Below are positions 11,723 through 31,960 of a stretch of 64,000 nucleotides of DNA, piece by piece. The stretch is from Eledone cirrhosa (taxonomy: Eukaryota), in the NCBI GenBank assembly GCA_964016885.1, contig OZ024762.1, positions 23,250,001 to 23,314,000 on the forward strand, read 5' to 3'. The position numbers were made by a program, and so were the translations under genes. Within the stretch, counting starts at the first letter, position 1. Every line of letters starts with the position of its first letter. The notes beneath the pieces are model-generated. The model saw only the letters and a program-made list of their open reading frames with translations, had not been told where the DNA came from and made no database searches.

Positions 11723-12520
11723 TAACTGTTTCTACTTTAGGCACAAGGCCAGCAATTTTCATTGCATTACTGGTACTGGACTGGGGTATAATAATTGTTT
11801 CTACTTTAGGCACAAGGCCAGCAATCTGAGGGAAGTCAATTAAATCGACGACAGTGCATTACTGGTACTTTATTTTATCGACCTCGTGAGGATGAAAGGC
11901 AAAGCTAATCACGGTAGGATTTGAAATCAGTACGTAAATGGCTGTAACTCTATGCTGTAAAACATTTAGTCTGACGCTCTACCGATTCTGTCAATCCACC
12001 TCCCTTGTGAAAATAAATGTTTTCTGATTTAGGCAAAGCCAGCAATATAAAGTGGGGATGAGAAAGTCGATTAAATTGACCTCAGTGCATTACTGGTACT
12101 TTATTTTATCGGCCCCGTAAGAATGAAAGGCAAAGCTAACCTCGACAGAATTTGAAATCAGAACCTAAAGGGTTGTAATTATGTCACAAAGCATAATTTC
12201 CGACGCTCTACCGATATTGCCAATAATTGTTTCTACTTTAGGCACAAGGCCAGCAGTTACCCAGTACATTACTGGTACTTTATTTTATCGACCCGTAAGG
12301 ATGAAAGGCAAAGTTAACCTCGGCGGGATTTGAACTCAGACTGTAAAGGGACGTAACTATGCTAGAAAGCATGGCGTCCAACATTCTACCGATACTGCCA
12401 ATTCCTATTTTTGGATGGTTACTGGTCCTTATTTTTTGAGCAGCCTCGGTAGGATGAAAGGCAAAGTCATTTCTGACAGAGCTTGAACTCAGAATGCTCT
12501 ACTAATACTGCTAATCCAAA
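11723..12520 (-). mobile_element. Cluster of 4-5 family S SINE copies, full and partial
   Basis: Repeated ttgtttctactttaggcacaaggccagc tails and gatgaaaggcaaag cores. Confidence 0.88.
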
Positions 12521-12621
12521 CATAGTACAAAGCGAAAAGGCTATGTTTGCGGCATGAACAAAGCTGTCTAGAAAATAGAGACGTAATATATATTCACATC
12601 TGGAGTAAAGAGCAGATATTG

Positions 12622-12995
12622 CAATCATCATCACTCGTCGACTACTGTCGAGATGATGGATCTCACTCTCATGCCCCAGAATCGCCCGTCCCCCATCGCT
12701 GCCCCCAGGTCCTGTCTGGTGATTCCCGTATCCCTAGAGATAACGTCAGGGAATGACAGCTTCCAACTCCTAGTCAGGCTGGAGTCAGGGTTCCAGAGCA
12801 AGAGAGCGGATATGATTTTATTGCTGGGACGGTGACAGTGGCCAGCAAATCGAGCTCTCCGGGATTTTAGAAGGGCAGAGGCTCGAGGGAGTTTGCCATA
12901 GATTTTAGACAAGGTGGGATGTCGTTTCCAGGATAGGTTTTGCACTCTCATTAAGAGGCGGGTATATGTGCCATCCAATCTCCCCTCAAGTTGTG
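12622..12995 (-). mobile_element. RTE-clade LINE 3' fragment (second family)
   Basis: RLDGTYTRLLMRVQNLSWKRH..RRARFAGHCHR..LLLWNP, followed by a stop and a short (TGA)n tail. Confidence 0.88.
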
Positions 12996-13009
12996 ATGTT
13001 AGATATTGC

Positions 13010-13290
13010 AATGGCCTGGTGGTTCAAAGGCCCTCAACTCTTCAATAAGCTGCCAAGTAATTTGAGAGTTCGGCATTGTGTGGCCGTGGATGTTTTCAAG
13101 AGATATATTGACACTCTGATATCCAGGATCCCAGATGAGCCAACAGGGCGGAAAGAAGGTAGCCTAAAGGCAGCAGCAACGAAATCCTTCCTACACCAAT
13201 GACTAGCTAACACAGGCTGGATATAGAACGTGTATCAACAAGGGTGCTGCCTTAGCATGGCCTCTGCCGGATGGTTGGAACAGGAAAAAG
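13010..13290 (+). mobile_element. CR1-group LINE 3' fragment
   Basis: FKGPQLFNKLPSNLR..DVFKRYIDTLISRIPDEP is a typical CR1-group ORF2 C-terminus. Confidence 0.75.
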
Positions 13291-13299
13291 AGTAACAGA

Positions 13300-13334
<35 letters not shown>

Positions 13335-13858
13335 GTAGCGAAAACCAAACCAAACCAAATAGTGAGTGGGTTCATTATTTCTGGCAATATAACATTATGA
13401 CCCTCTCCAAATATAATATATATATAAATATATAACATATATATATATATATATATACTCTATATATATATACTCTATATATACTCTCTCTATATATATA
13501 TACTCTAACCATAAATTTCAGTAGCACCACTCCACATAAATTCCTCAATTTAAGAATGACCTGTAGCATCTATTTCATACTATTAACCTTAATTGAATAT
13601 ATATCTGACCAGGAATGCTTTTTGTGAAAATCAGTCATATGGAACTATTGTCATCTTGCCTGACGGTTTGAACTTTACAACACCACCTGCCTCTTTGAGG
13701 TCAAATACCAACCCTACTAGCATCTACAAACTGACCAATGACAATTAAGACTATTCCTGCTGACAACATTAAATTATTCCTAACAAGCTCATATGTCCCA
13801 AGGCTCCCTATACCATCAACACAATAAACACAGAGCTGGCATATCTAAGAACTGACTA

Positions 13859-13914
13859 ACTGCCTGATGAGGCCATAGCCATTCAATGACTATCAACGAA
13901 ATATATATAGCAGT
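13859..13914 (+). ncRNA. Minimal type I hammerhead ribozyme (family E-like) in the 13505-13960 island
   Basis: actgc-CTGATGA-ggccatagccatt(c)aatgactatcaac-GAAA-tatata-TA-gcagt, followed by aataaa. Confidence 0.82.
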
Positions 13915-13994
13915 AAATAAAGGATTATGAGTTCATGCAATTGACTTATGTTTCGTCACTATATATATATATATATATATACATATATATATAG

Positions 13995-14120
13995 TTATGT
14001 AATAAACAACGTAAAGCAATTATTCCATTTACCAGTGGTTACTTAAAAGCAAAAGATTTTGCTTTCAATCCTCAGAATGAAAAAATCCTGGTCTGTTTAT
14101 TGAATTTGGATTTTAAAAAT
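13995..14120 (-). mobile_element. Family B single arm with HHR mutated GAAA to GTAA
   Basis: Homologous to 1923-2046. Confidence 0.8.
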
Positions 14121-14363
14121 ATATATATATACATTCATTTGATTTATTGATTTATTGATATTTTATCTGAGTGTCCCGAATCTTCCAGATCGCAATTTTT
14201 CGGTCGTATGGTTGATTTTAGACATGTTCTATGTGTGACGGTATTTTAACGATAGTTATAGCTCTGATTTATCTGAATTATTGAGCCCTCTGCCGCTCAT
14301 TTCGAATTTTGTTTATCGTGAACTCGTGCGCCGATTTTTCGATACTCGATTATTCTACTATAT

Positions 14364-14411
<48 letters not shown>

Positions 14412-14512
14412 TTTCTCCAAAATAACTGATTGAATGCGCACAAACATTTATCTTCCCTTCAAATGCTCTTTTCATTCTTTATCTTTCTATATCATCTTTT
14501 ATTTCTTATCTA

Positions 14513-14550
14513 TCTTTTGATGAAGAACTAGTCTCCGAAAAGTTAAGAAT
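14513..14550 (+). ncRNA. Degenerate minimal HHR
   Basis: tctt-TTGATGA-agaactagtctcc-GAAA-ag-TT-aaga. The layout matches the HHR at 35526-35561. Confidence 0.5.
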
Positions 14551-14667
14551 CTTTTACTACAATACCAAACGTTAAACTGATATATTTCTACCATGTACTG
14601 ATTCCATTGCTTTATTATCTCGGTTAACCTTTTCCACACTCACGCATGTATATATATATATATATCT

Positions 14668-15669
14668 ATTATAATAAATGTTCGGTAAACCCATACGTAC
14701 ATATATACATATGTGTGCATGTATGTATGTATGTATGTATATGGTCGGATCGTTGGCGACTAATCTGGCAACCCCACCAAGGTTTCTTGGTGAGGAGGGT
14801 GACTTTGGACATCCTGCAGGACTAAAACCAAAACCTGTCAAAGGGAAAAGGAGCTCTTAAGAGTCAAAGGCCATCCAATATCACCGGGATAGAAGACCTC
14901 TTAGCCTTTGTCAAGGCAGAATTCTAGAAGGAAAACTCTGATATAACACCTGCAACTTTGATGGTATCCAATGATGTTGACTTTTTGGTAAATATCATCT
15001 TGGTTAAGAGAGTGGGACTGGCTTTGTGCAGTGCCTTTGCTCACTATAAAAGCTTCACGGCACAGGCATTGCTTTATATCTGGAGATCTCTCTGCACTTG
15101 TCGTCACATGGTACAATGGGCCTAGCACTATGTGTCAATAATTGTCACAGGTGTAGTGTTTGTACCAGAGTTTTCAAGTCGCTGGCTGGACTAAAGTCAC
15201 ATTCGTTCAGCGCTTCGGTAGGAGTTCTCCTACATGGATATAAAGTAGTGGCCGTACTCGAAAATGAGTTGGCAGCCACCATGTATATACATACTACTGT
15301 ACGTCTGTATACATATATGTATGTACGTATACATACTTATATTTAAGTATCAGCCGTACTGAGAGTGAGAAATGAAATTTCATTTTTTCCATTTATCGTT
15401 TCCGGTACGCCCGGCCGACTAACTCACTCGATATGCAAATGCTTAATATTCATAAGGAAAGTATTTACTTTCAAACTTTCAATCGACTGAGAAGGAAGGT
15501 ATACGGTGCTGACGACAGCTAATAAGCTAGATACAAGTTCATCGTTCATTTGTAAATGGTGAACAAAAGGGCAACGATGGTTGCCGAACACTGTACGGCT
15601 TAATTAGGGCTGTTCGTTTACAAACAAACCGAACATTATAATAAATGTTCAGAAAACCCATACGTACAT

Positions 15670-15726
<57 letters not shown>

Positions 15727-15821
15727 CATGTATGTATGTATAAACATACTACTGTACGACTGTAAACATATATGTATGTATGTATACATACATATATGTA
15801 TGTACGTATACATACTTATAT
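14668..15821 (+). mobile_element. Second retrozyme-family locus (more than 1 unit), interrupted by an RTE-derived insertion; mutated HHR at 15504-15544
   Basis: Homologous to 6109-6764. The HHR reads cggtg-CTGACGA-cagct(aata)agcta-GATA-caag-TT-catcg. Confidence 0.8.
14743..15280 (+). mobile_element. Short non-autonomous RTE-derived element
   Basis: The 3' part encodes a CSVCTRVFKSLAGLKSH zinc-finger-like RTE C-terminus. Candidate TSD atgtatat at 14735-14742 and 15281-15288. A truncated copy lies at 53190-53412. Confidence 0.7.
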
Positions 15822-15830
15822 ATACATACA

Positions 15831-15866
<36 letters not shown>

Positions 15867-15972
15867 CCATGTGCAACCATGCAGTATTCTTCTCCCCATA
15901 TTTTTCATATATATATATATGTGAACCTATATAATATACACAAACATGTATAGTCTCTCTCGCTCGCTCGCT

Positions 15973-16017
<45 letters not shown>

Positions 16018-16140
16018 ACACACACGCGCGCACGCACACACACGTAGGCATAAATTTATTGGACATTTGTGGGTTTGAGATTAGGAACCATAAAAGGAAA
16101 TCCTAATTCATTTATACATAGAGAGTTGACAAACACACAC

Positions 16141-16190
<50 letters not shown>

Positions 16191-16344
16191 TCGTGAGTGT
16201 ACATATCGATATAAGTATGATGTATAATGTTCGTCTATTGCATATAAGTAGCGTTTGATAAACCTGTAATCAAATATTATTCCTTCCTTCATTAACGATA
16301 TAGCTAGCGGCTTCCATACAGAATCAATCCATCGCAGCCTTCTA

Positions 16345-22650
<6,306 letters not shown>

Positions 22651-22970
22651 CTGACACTTAGGTAGGTGCTTACATTAACTCGGCTTCACTTCAATTTGTG
22701 CGTTTGCCAATACTTTCGAAAATCTGGCACATTCAAAGGTAGGCACATACAAGCATATATTTATATATATATATATATATACGTGTGTGTGTGTACTGTT
22801 ATATGTATATATACATATATACTCAGATGTATATATGAATATATCCACAGATATATATATATATATATATATATAGGAATATATAGAAAAATGTATATAT
22901 ATATGAATATAGACAGATGTATATATATATATATATATATATACGAATATATACACATTTAGATGTATAT

Positions 22971-23003
<33 letters not shown>

Positions 23004-23065
23004 CATATTTAGATGTATCACTCACTCTCTTTCTTTCTATATATATATATATGTATACATATTTA

Positions 23066-23096
<31 letters not shown>

Positions 23097-23245
23097 GCAT
23101 ACTATGTATATGTCAATATATACGAATATATACATATTTATATGTATATACACATATATATTCATATTTAGATGTATCTCTCTCTTTCTCTCTATATATA
23201 TGTATGCATATTTAGATGCACATATATATATATATATATATATGC

Positions 23246-23285
<40 letters not shown>

Positions 23286-23307
23286 GTATATATATATATA
23301 CACATGC

Positions 23308-23347
<40 letters not shown>

Positions 23348-23819
23348 GTATATATATATATACACATATATATGCAGATGTATATGTATATATATGTAAC
23401 ACCTATGTATATATATATATACACATATATATGCAGATGTATATGTATATATATGTAACACCTATTGGTTGTTATACCTATAGGCAGCATAATCTTGTTA
23501 GTATGCAACCATTGGTTATTACTCACGTGGTACTGATGTTGTACCTCGTGGTGGTGTTAACATCGACAGCATCAATGGCCGCGACAGCCACGACGGCGAC
23601 GACAACTTCAGTGACAATGGTAGCCATGTTGCCAGCGACAGCGACAATGGCCGCTATGGTGTTAGTACATATGGGTGTTTGCCATCTATGTAATGGGTCT
23701 AACTGAAGTGGAAGACTTATATCTTGTAGAAGAAGCAGTTTGTTGGTCTCTCCAAATAAGATTATGTGGAGTTGTGTTGCAACATGCGGTTGTCTTTTCC
23801 TCCATTTGTTCTTGTCGGG

Positions 23820-26500
23820 TCTCTCTCTCTCTCTCTGTGAGAGTTATCTCTCTCTGTAAATGTTATCTCTCTTCTCTCTCTCTGTGACTGATCTCTCTTT
23901 TCCATTTCTCTCTCTCTGTGACTGATCTCTCTGTCCCATTTCTCTCTCTCTGTGACTGATCTCTCTGTTCCATTTCTCTCTCTCTGTGACTGATCTCTCT
24001 GTTCCATTTCTCTCTCTCTGACTGATCTCTCTCTGACTGATCTCTCTCTGACTGATCTCTCTCTGACTGATCTCTCTCTGACTGATCTCTCTCTGACTGA
24101 TCTCTCTCTGACTGATCTCTCTCTGACTGATCTCTCTCTGACTGATCTCTCTCTGACTGATCTCTCTCTGACTGATCTCTGACTGATCTCTCTCTGACTG
24201 ATCTCTCTCTGACTGATCTCTCTCTGACTGCTCTCTCTCTGACTGCTCTCTCTCTGACTGCTCTCTCTCTGACTGCTCTCTCTCTGACTGCTCTCTCTCT
24301 GACTGATCTCTCTCTGACTGATCTCTCTCTGACTGATCTCTCTCTGACTGATCTCTCTCTGACTGATCTCTCTCTGACTGATCTCTCTCTGACTGATCTC
24401 TCTCTGACTGATCTCTCTCTGACTGATCTCTCTCTGACTGATCTCTCTCTGACTGATCTCTCTCTGACTGATCTCTCTCTGACTGATCTCTCTCTGACTG
24501 ATCTCTCTCTGACTGATCTCTCTCTGACTGATCTCTCTCTGACTGATCTCTCTCTGACTGATCTCTCTCTGACTGATCTCTCTCTGACTGATCTCTCTCT
24601 GACTGATCTCTCTCTGACTGATCTCTCTCTGACTGATCTCTCTCTGACTGATCTCTCTCTGACTGATCTCTCTCTGACTGATCTCTCTCTGACTGATCTC
24701 TCTCTGACTGATCTCTCTCTGTGACAGTTATCTCTCTCTGTGACAGTTATCTCTCTCTGTGACAGTTATCTCTCTCTGTGACAGTTATCTCTCTCTGTGA
24801 CAGTTATCTCTCTCTGTGACAGTTATCTCTCTGTAAAAGTTATCTCTCTTCTCTCTCTCTGTGACTGATCTCTCTCTTCCATTTCTCTCTCTCTGGGACA
24901 GTTATCTCTCTCTGTAAAAGTTATCTCTCTTCTCACTCTCTGTGACTGATCTCTCTCTTCCATTTCTCTCTCTCTGACTGATCTCTCTCTTCCATTTCTC
25001 TCTCTCTGGGACAGTTATCTCTCTCAGTAAAAGTTATCTCTCTTCTCTCTCTCTGTGACTGATCTCTCTCTTCCATTTCTCTCTCTCTGACTGATCTCTC
25101 TCTTCCATTTCTCTCTCTCTGTGACAGTTATCTCTCTGTAAAAGTTATCTCTTCTCTCTCTCTGTGACTGATCTCTCTCTTCCATTTCTCTCTCTCTGGG
25201 ACAGTTATCTCTCTCTGTAAAAGTTATCTCTCTCCTCTCTCTCTGTGACTGATCTCTCTCTTCCATTTCTCTCTCTCTGACTGATCTCTCTCTTCCATTT
25301 CTCTCTCTCTGTGACAGTTATCTTTCTGTAAAAGTTATCTCTTCTCTCTCTCTGTGACTGATCTCTCTCTTCCATTTCTCTCTCTCTGACTGATCTCTCT
25401 CTTCCATTTCTCTCTCTCTGGGACAGTTATCTCTCTCAGTAAAAGTTATCTCTCTTCTCTCTCTCTGTGACTGATCTCTCTCTTCCATTTCTCTCTCTGA
25501 CTGATCTCTCTCTTCCATTTCTCTCTCTCTGTGACAGTTATCTCTCTGTAAAAGTTATCTCTTCTCTCTCTCTGTGACTGATCTCTCTCTTCCATTTCTC
25601 TCTCTCTGGGACAGTTATCTCTCTCTGTAAAAGTTATCTCTCTCCTCTCTCTCTGTGACTGATCTCTCTCTTCCATTTCTCTCTCTCTGACTGATCTCTC
25701 TCTTCCATTTCTCTCTCTCTGTGACAGTTATCTTTCTGTAAAAGTTATCTCTTCTCTCTCTCTGTGACTGATCTCTCTCTTCCATTTCTCTCTCTCTGAC
25801 TGATCTCTCTCTTCCATTTCTCTCTCTGGGACAGTTATCTCTCTCAGTAAAAGTTATCTCTCTTCTCTCTCTCTGTGACTGATCTCTCTCTTCCATTTCT
25901 CTCTCTCTGACTGATCTCTCTCTTCCATTTCTCTCTCTCTGTGACAGTTATCTCTCTGTAAAAGTTATCTCTTCTCTCTCTCTGTGACTGATCTCTCTCT
26001 TCCATTTCTCTCTCTCTGGGACAGTTATCTCTCTCTGTAAAAGTTATCTCTCTCCTCTCTCTCTGTGACTGATCTCTCTCTTCCATTTCTCTCTCTCTGA
26101 CTGATCTCTCTCTTCCATTTCTCTCTCTCTGTGACAGTTATCTTTCTGTAAAAGTTATCTCTTCTCTCTCTGTGACTGATCTCTCTCTTCCATTTCTCTC
26201 TCTCTGGGACAGTTATCTCTCTCTGTAAAAGTTATCTCTCTTCTCCCTCTCTGTGACTGATCTCTCTCTTCCATTTCTCGCTCTCTGGGACAGTTATCTC
26301 TCTGTAAAAGTTATCTCTCTTCTCCCTCTCTGTGACTGATCTCTCTCTTCCATTTCTCTCTCTGACTGATCTCTCTCTTCCATTTCTCTCTCTCTGTGAC
26401 AGTTATCTTTCTGTAAAAGTTATCTCTTCTCTCTCTCTGTGACTGATCTCTCTCTTCCATTTCTCTCTCTCTGGGACAGTTATCTCTCTCTATCTCTCTC
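23820..26500. repeat. CT-rich satellite with 15-bp (gactgatctctctct) and 19-bp monomers and a higher-order repeat of about 410 bp
   Basis: Direct reading. Identical ORF translations at 25024 and 25844, with a variant near 25446. Confidence 0.93.
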
Positions 26501-26711
26501 CTATCCCTCTCCGACTTCATCCTTGAGACATTGCCTCGCCGTCTCTTTATGTATTCATATAAATATATCTTTCTATGTATTTCTAAATATATTTACATAT
26601 CTGTGCATACATTTCTATATCTATATATATATTATATATATATATAAATATAGTAAAATAATAGAATATCGAAAAATCGGCGCACAAGCTCACGATAAAC
26701 AAAATTCGATA

Positions 26712-26994
26712 AATATATATAATATATATATATAATATAATATATATATATAATATAATATATATATATAATATAATATATATATAATATATATATATAA
26801 TATAATATATATATATAATATAATATATATAATATAATATATATATATAATATAATATATATATATAATATAATATATATATATAATATATATATATAAT
26901 ATAATATATATCTAATATATATATATATAATATATATATATATAATATAATATATATCTAATATATATATATATAATATATATAAATATAATAT

Positions 26995-27027
<33 letters not shown>

Positions 27028-27368
27028 ATATAATATAATATAATATAATATAATATAATATAATATATATATAATATATATATATAATATAATATATATA
27101 TAATATAATATATATATAATATAATATATATATAATATAATATATATCTAATATAATATATATCTAATATAATATATATCTAATATAATATATATCTAAT
27201 ATAATATATATCTAATATAATATATATCTAATATAATATATATCTAATATAATATATATCTAATATAATATATATCTAATATAATATATATCTAATATAA
27301 TATATATCTAATATAATATATATCTAATATAATATATATCTAATATAATATATATAATATAATATATA

Positions 27369-27403
<35 letters not shown>

Positions 27404-28220
27404 ATATAATATATATATAATATATATATATATAATATATATATAATATAATATATATATAATATATATATATATAATATATATATAATATAATATATAT
27501 ATAATATAATATATATATAATATAATATATATCTAATATATATATATATATATATATAATATAATATATATATATATAATATATATATATAATATAATAT
27601 ATATATAATATAATATATATATAATATAATATATATATAATATAATATATATATAATATAATATATATATATAATATAATATATATATATAATATAATAT
27701 ATATATATAATATAATATATATATATAATATAATATATATATAATATATATAATATAATATATATATAATATATATAATATAATATATATATAATATAAT
27801 ATATATATAATATAATATATATATATAATATAATATATATATATAATATATATATATAATATAATATATATATAATATATATATATATAATATAATAAAT
27901 ATATAATATATATATATATATATAATATAATATATAATATATATATATATATATAATATAATATATATATATATATATGTAATATAATATATATATATAT
28001 ATGTAATATAATATATATATATAATATAATATATATATAATATATATATATAATATATAATATAATATATATATAATATATAATATAATATAATATATAT
28101 ATAATATATAATATAATATAATATATATATAATATAATATATATATAATATAATATAATATATATATAATATATATATAATATATATATAATATAATATA
28201 TATAATATATATATATATTT
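26712..28220. repeat. (TAATA/TA)n microsatellite
   Basis: Direct reading. Confidence 0.96.
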
Positions 28221-28268
28221 ATATCAATGATATAGAAAAATGGAAACTATATTTATAAAACCATATTT

Positions 28269-28329
28269 ATTTTATTATATATATTTCAAGGGTACCAAAA
28301 ACTTTGGTACGCACTCATCAGATAAAATA
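28269..28329 (-). ncRNA. Minimal type I hammerhead ribozyme (family D)
   Basis: Minus strand reads attttat-CTGATGA-gtgc-gtaccaaa(gtt)tttggtac-cctt-GAAA-tatata-TA-ataaaat. Confidence 0.8.
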
Positions 28330-28455
28330 CAAAATTTGTTTTATAAATAGTGACATAACCCGGCCCTTATCGGTTCAGGTTCCGTTTGGATAGTGAAAGG
28401 AAAATAAAAAAATGTCCATTCTTTAGGATGGATATGTAAATGAAGTATCTATTTG

Positions 28456-28493
<38 letters not shown>

Positions 28494-28521
28494 TATGATA
28501 TATATATGATATATATATATG

Positions 28522-29152
28522 ATATATTTTCTTTAGGTCGTTTTGGAAGCCTCAACAATGCACATGGGTAATTCTCCGAGTAACAGGATCCGGTGGTGAA
28601 GAGAGAGATGTAAGGGAATGTAGAATGAGATGTATAGTGTGTAAAAGAAGGTAGGAAAGAGCGTAAAAAATAAAAATAATAACACGAGATAAAGTTACCT
28701 TGGGAGAGATTTAATTGTCCCTATATATTTCGGATTCACATCCATCAACTGGGTTTTTTTTTCGTGTGTGTGTGTGTGTGGGGGGGGGGGGTATCTGTCT
28801 GATAGGTCCGAAACGTGTCCTCCGCTGGTCGTTGTTTTGAATATCTGAGGCATTCAGCAGATCGCGCTCAAGCAGAGGTCGGAAAAAACCTCCAGTTGAT
28901 GGATGTCAATCCGAAATATATAGAGACAATTAAATCACTCCCAAGGTAACTATCTCGTGTTATTATTTTTATGTTTTACGCTCTTTCCTACGTTCATTTA
29001 CACACGATACATCTCATTCTACATTCACTTACATCTCTCTCTTCACCGCCGGATCTTGAATTACCCATCTGCATTGTTGAGGCTTCCGAAACAACCTAAA
29101 GAAAATATATCTTATTATTCCACAATGCTTCAAGCAAACTTCAATACTCTCT
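28522..29152. mobile_element. Older fold-back element with diverged arms of about 230 bp and a spacer of about 130 bp
   Basis: 28522-28752 is the inverted copy of about 28890-29110, with (TA)n flanks. The same 3' terminus recurs inverted at 37483-37515. Confidence 0.8.
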
Positions 29153-29211
<59 letters not shown>

Positions 29212-30518
29212 GATAAATCCATCAATTAATGGTAGGGTCCAAGTCGTATATAGAACACAATGTAATCCGTATGTAGATGATTTCGTGAAGCAAAGTTTAA
29301 AATATAAAATTTCAACGATATAATTAGTGATCTATGTAAGATATATTACAAATTATCAAAGTAAGAAAATATACATACGTCTTCCCTAATCGCCGTCTTC
29401 AGAAATAATGAGTTTTGTTTATTGAAGAATATAAAAACATGTATGAATAATAACCTTTTAAGAACAAGGTTGAGATTGACCAATAGTAAAAATAGGAAGG
29501 GGCAATATAGATCATTAAGCTGGTAGTAGTAGATGAATAAATTAGCAGTCAGGATTTGAGGTATCGAATGACCTTTAAGAAAAGAAAGTTATGAGTGTAA
29601 AGGAATTTAGACTGATTGTATAGAAATTTCAGAAAAGTGTGGACGGGCAAGGAAGATTACAGTTGGAGGGAAAGGGGTGCAGATATCAGTGTGTTATATC
29701 CAGTAGAATAGTATAGAACAATCCTAAAATATGTTATTTCTTTGTTCAAAAGGAATAATTTGCTCTAAAAATAGAACAAGTAGAGGAATATAGATGGAAC
29801 CAAAGAAAAGTAAAAAGTAGGTAAAACAATATATAGGTAAGAAAATAATAACATTTGTGTAAGTATTGTATTGTGTTAGATTGGTCAGAATGAAGTTTTA
29901 CCCGTAGGGAATTTTATTTTCGAATAAGAAGTCTCATTAATATTCTGGTTTTCTTAATAGGTTTAAATGCATGTCTGTTAAAGTTTTGTTAGAGTGTTGA
30001 ATATAATGTAATATATATTGCTCATTAATAGTTAATTATTTAAAACAATTATAGGGATGAAATATAGGATTGAATCTATGGAGTAATTCTAATAGCAAAA
30101 AAAAAAATACACACACATATATATTTTTTTTCTTTTATATTTTTTCTTTATTTGAATGTCTTTCTAATTCTATAGTTAGATGCGATAATTAATTCTTGTC
30201 TTTTATTTAATAGAATGTCTTTCGATTTAGTAATTTCAAACATTTCTTGGGAACATAGCCCATTCTCTTTCTATCGCCCTGATAAGAAATGGCTCGTTTG
30301 AGAATCTTCCAAGTTAGGTTACAATTAATTTTCTTCTTTTTACAATTATTAACTGCTTCCGCTAAAGAAGTGGTATTAGCTAATCTTGTGTTTCGAAATA
30401 TGTGGGTGTGTGCATACAATCTCGATTTAAACAGATTAGATGTGGATCCAATATAGGATCGATTAGAATCCTTAGTGGTAATTATACATTTATACACTAT
30501 ATTATTAATTAAGCAATT

Positions 30519-30690
30519 AATGATCGTTGATTGACAGTATCGGTAGAGGGTCGGACGCTACGCTTTGACGCATACAGTTACGAATTCCGCCGAGGTTAAC
30601 TTTGCCTTTCATCCTTACAGGGTCGATAAAATAAAGTACCAGTAATGCACTAGGTAATTGCTGGCCTTGTGTCAAAAAGTAGAAACAATT
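30519..30690 (+). mobile_element. Family S SINE inserted in the PLE GIY-YIG region, 18-bp TSD
   Basis: TSD attattaattaagcaatt at 30501-30518 and 30688-30705. Confidence 0.88.
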
Positions 30691-31757
30691 ATTAATTAAG
30701 CAATTTCCATTTAAGGGGCAATTACTTTCTACTCTACAATTACAACCGTTTCTACATAGGATTTCAGATGTGCTTGTTATATTCCCAATAACAGTGCTAG
30801 TATTTGTATTTACATTTTTATATGAGAGAGAAGGGTTTGCGGTTGGGTGGTCATGGCTCGAATGGTAGTTAGTTGGTGAAATTATAGGGGATATAGTGTT
30901 TATAGAATCATGATTGTTTTGGAAGTTATTGGTTAGATTGGGTATGTAATTCTTAGTTCCTATTAAGGATGAGGAAGATGGTAGTTGGTTGTAGGCTTAT
31001 GTATTGTGTTGGTGAGGTGAGTAACTGGTGGATAGATATTAATATTCTGGTTATGCGTTGTAGTATTATTATAGTTAGTTTGTGTGTGGTGTGCTAGAGG
31101 TATACATGGAGCTTTTTTACATTTATAGCTGTTATATGCACTTATTTTTTGTTGTATATTGCTCGATGTGGAGTAAGAAAATTTTACTGTATATCTGTTT
31201 AAGATTTGATGGTTTTTGTGGTTAGGTGGGAAATGTTTATTGAGAATTGCAAAAATGTTGTAGGGATTTGGCCCATAGTTTGCAAGTTAAATTGAGCATT
31301 ATACCATGTTACGTTTCTTTTATGGTTTCTAATTGGTTTCCTATTGTTATATTGGGTATGTATAGAAGTTTGAGGGTAAATTTTGTTATCAGATGATACT
31401 ATAATATTGTGATTGTTATTAGTGGCGTGAACAAATTGTTTAGTAGATTTTTGAATTGTATTAGTTTTTGTGGTGTTTTTGCTTGATTTATAGATGATAT
31501 TGGGAGTTTTATTAATGGAACCGTATTGAATGGACTGGAATTTTGGTATTATTCTTGTTATCTACAGTTGTTCGGATATGTTTCTCCGTTTTCTTTTGGA
31601 TTGTAAAGATGTGGTTTGGTTAGGTTGAAGGTTCAATGAAATAGGTAATATATCATTAGGTTTATTGTGAGAATTAGGATATAACATGTTATTATTAACT
31701 GATTTTTTAAGATTAATGGATTTAGGTGTTTTCGTATGGCTTGTAGTAATATTATTA

Positions 31758-31960
31758 GGGCGGTGGATTGGCAGTATCGGTAGAGGGTCGGACGCCATGC
31801 TTTGACGCATAGAGTTTAACTCAGAATGGCGAGGGCCATTCTGAGTTAAAATCCCGCCGAGGTTAACTTTGCCTTTCATCCTTACGGGGTCGATAAAATA
31901 AAGTACCAGTAATGTACTGGATAATTGCTGGCCTTGTGCCAATAGTAGAAACAATTATTA
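31758..31960 (+). mobile_element. Family S SINE, 9-bp TSD, with a small internal inversion
   Basis: TSD attattagg at 31751 and 31954. Internal hairpin ttaactcagaatggc..gccattctgagttaa. Confidence 0.85.

Noticed and set aside
29300-29410. HHR in the terminal repeat of the large PLE (CTGAAGA, mirrored at 33512)
   Set aside because: The core start is present, but stems I and III could not be folded by eye, so it is left uncalled.
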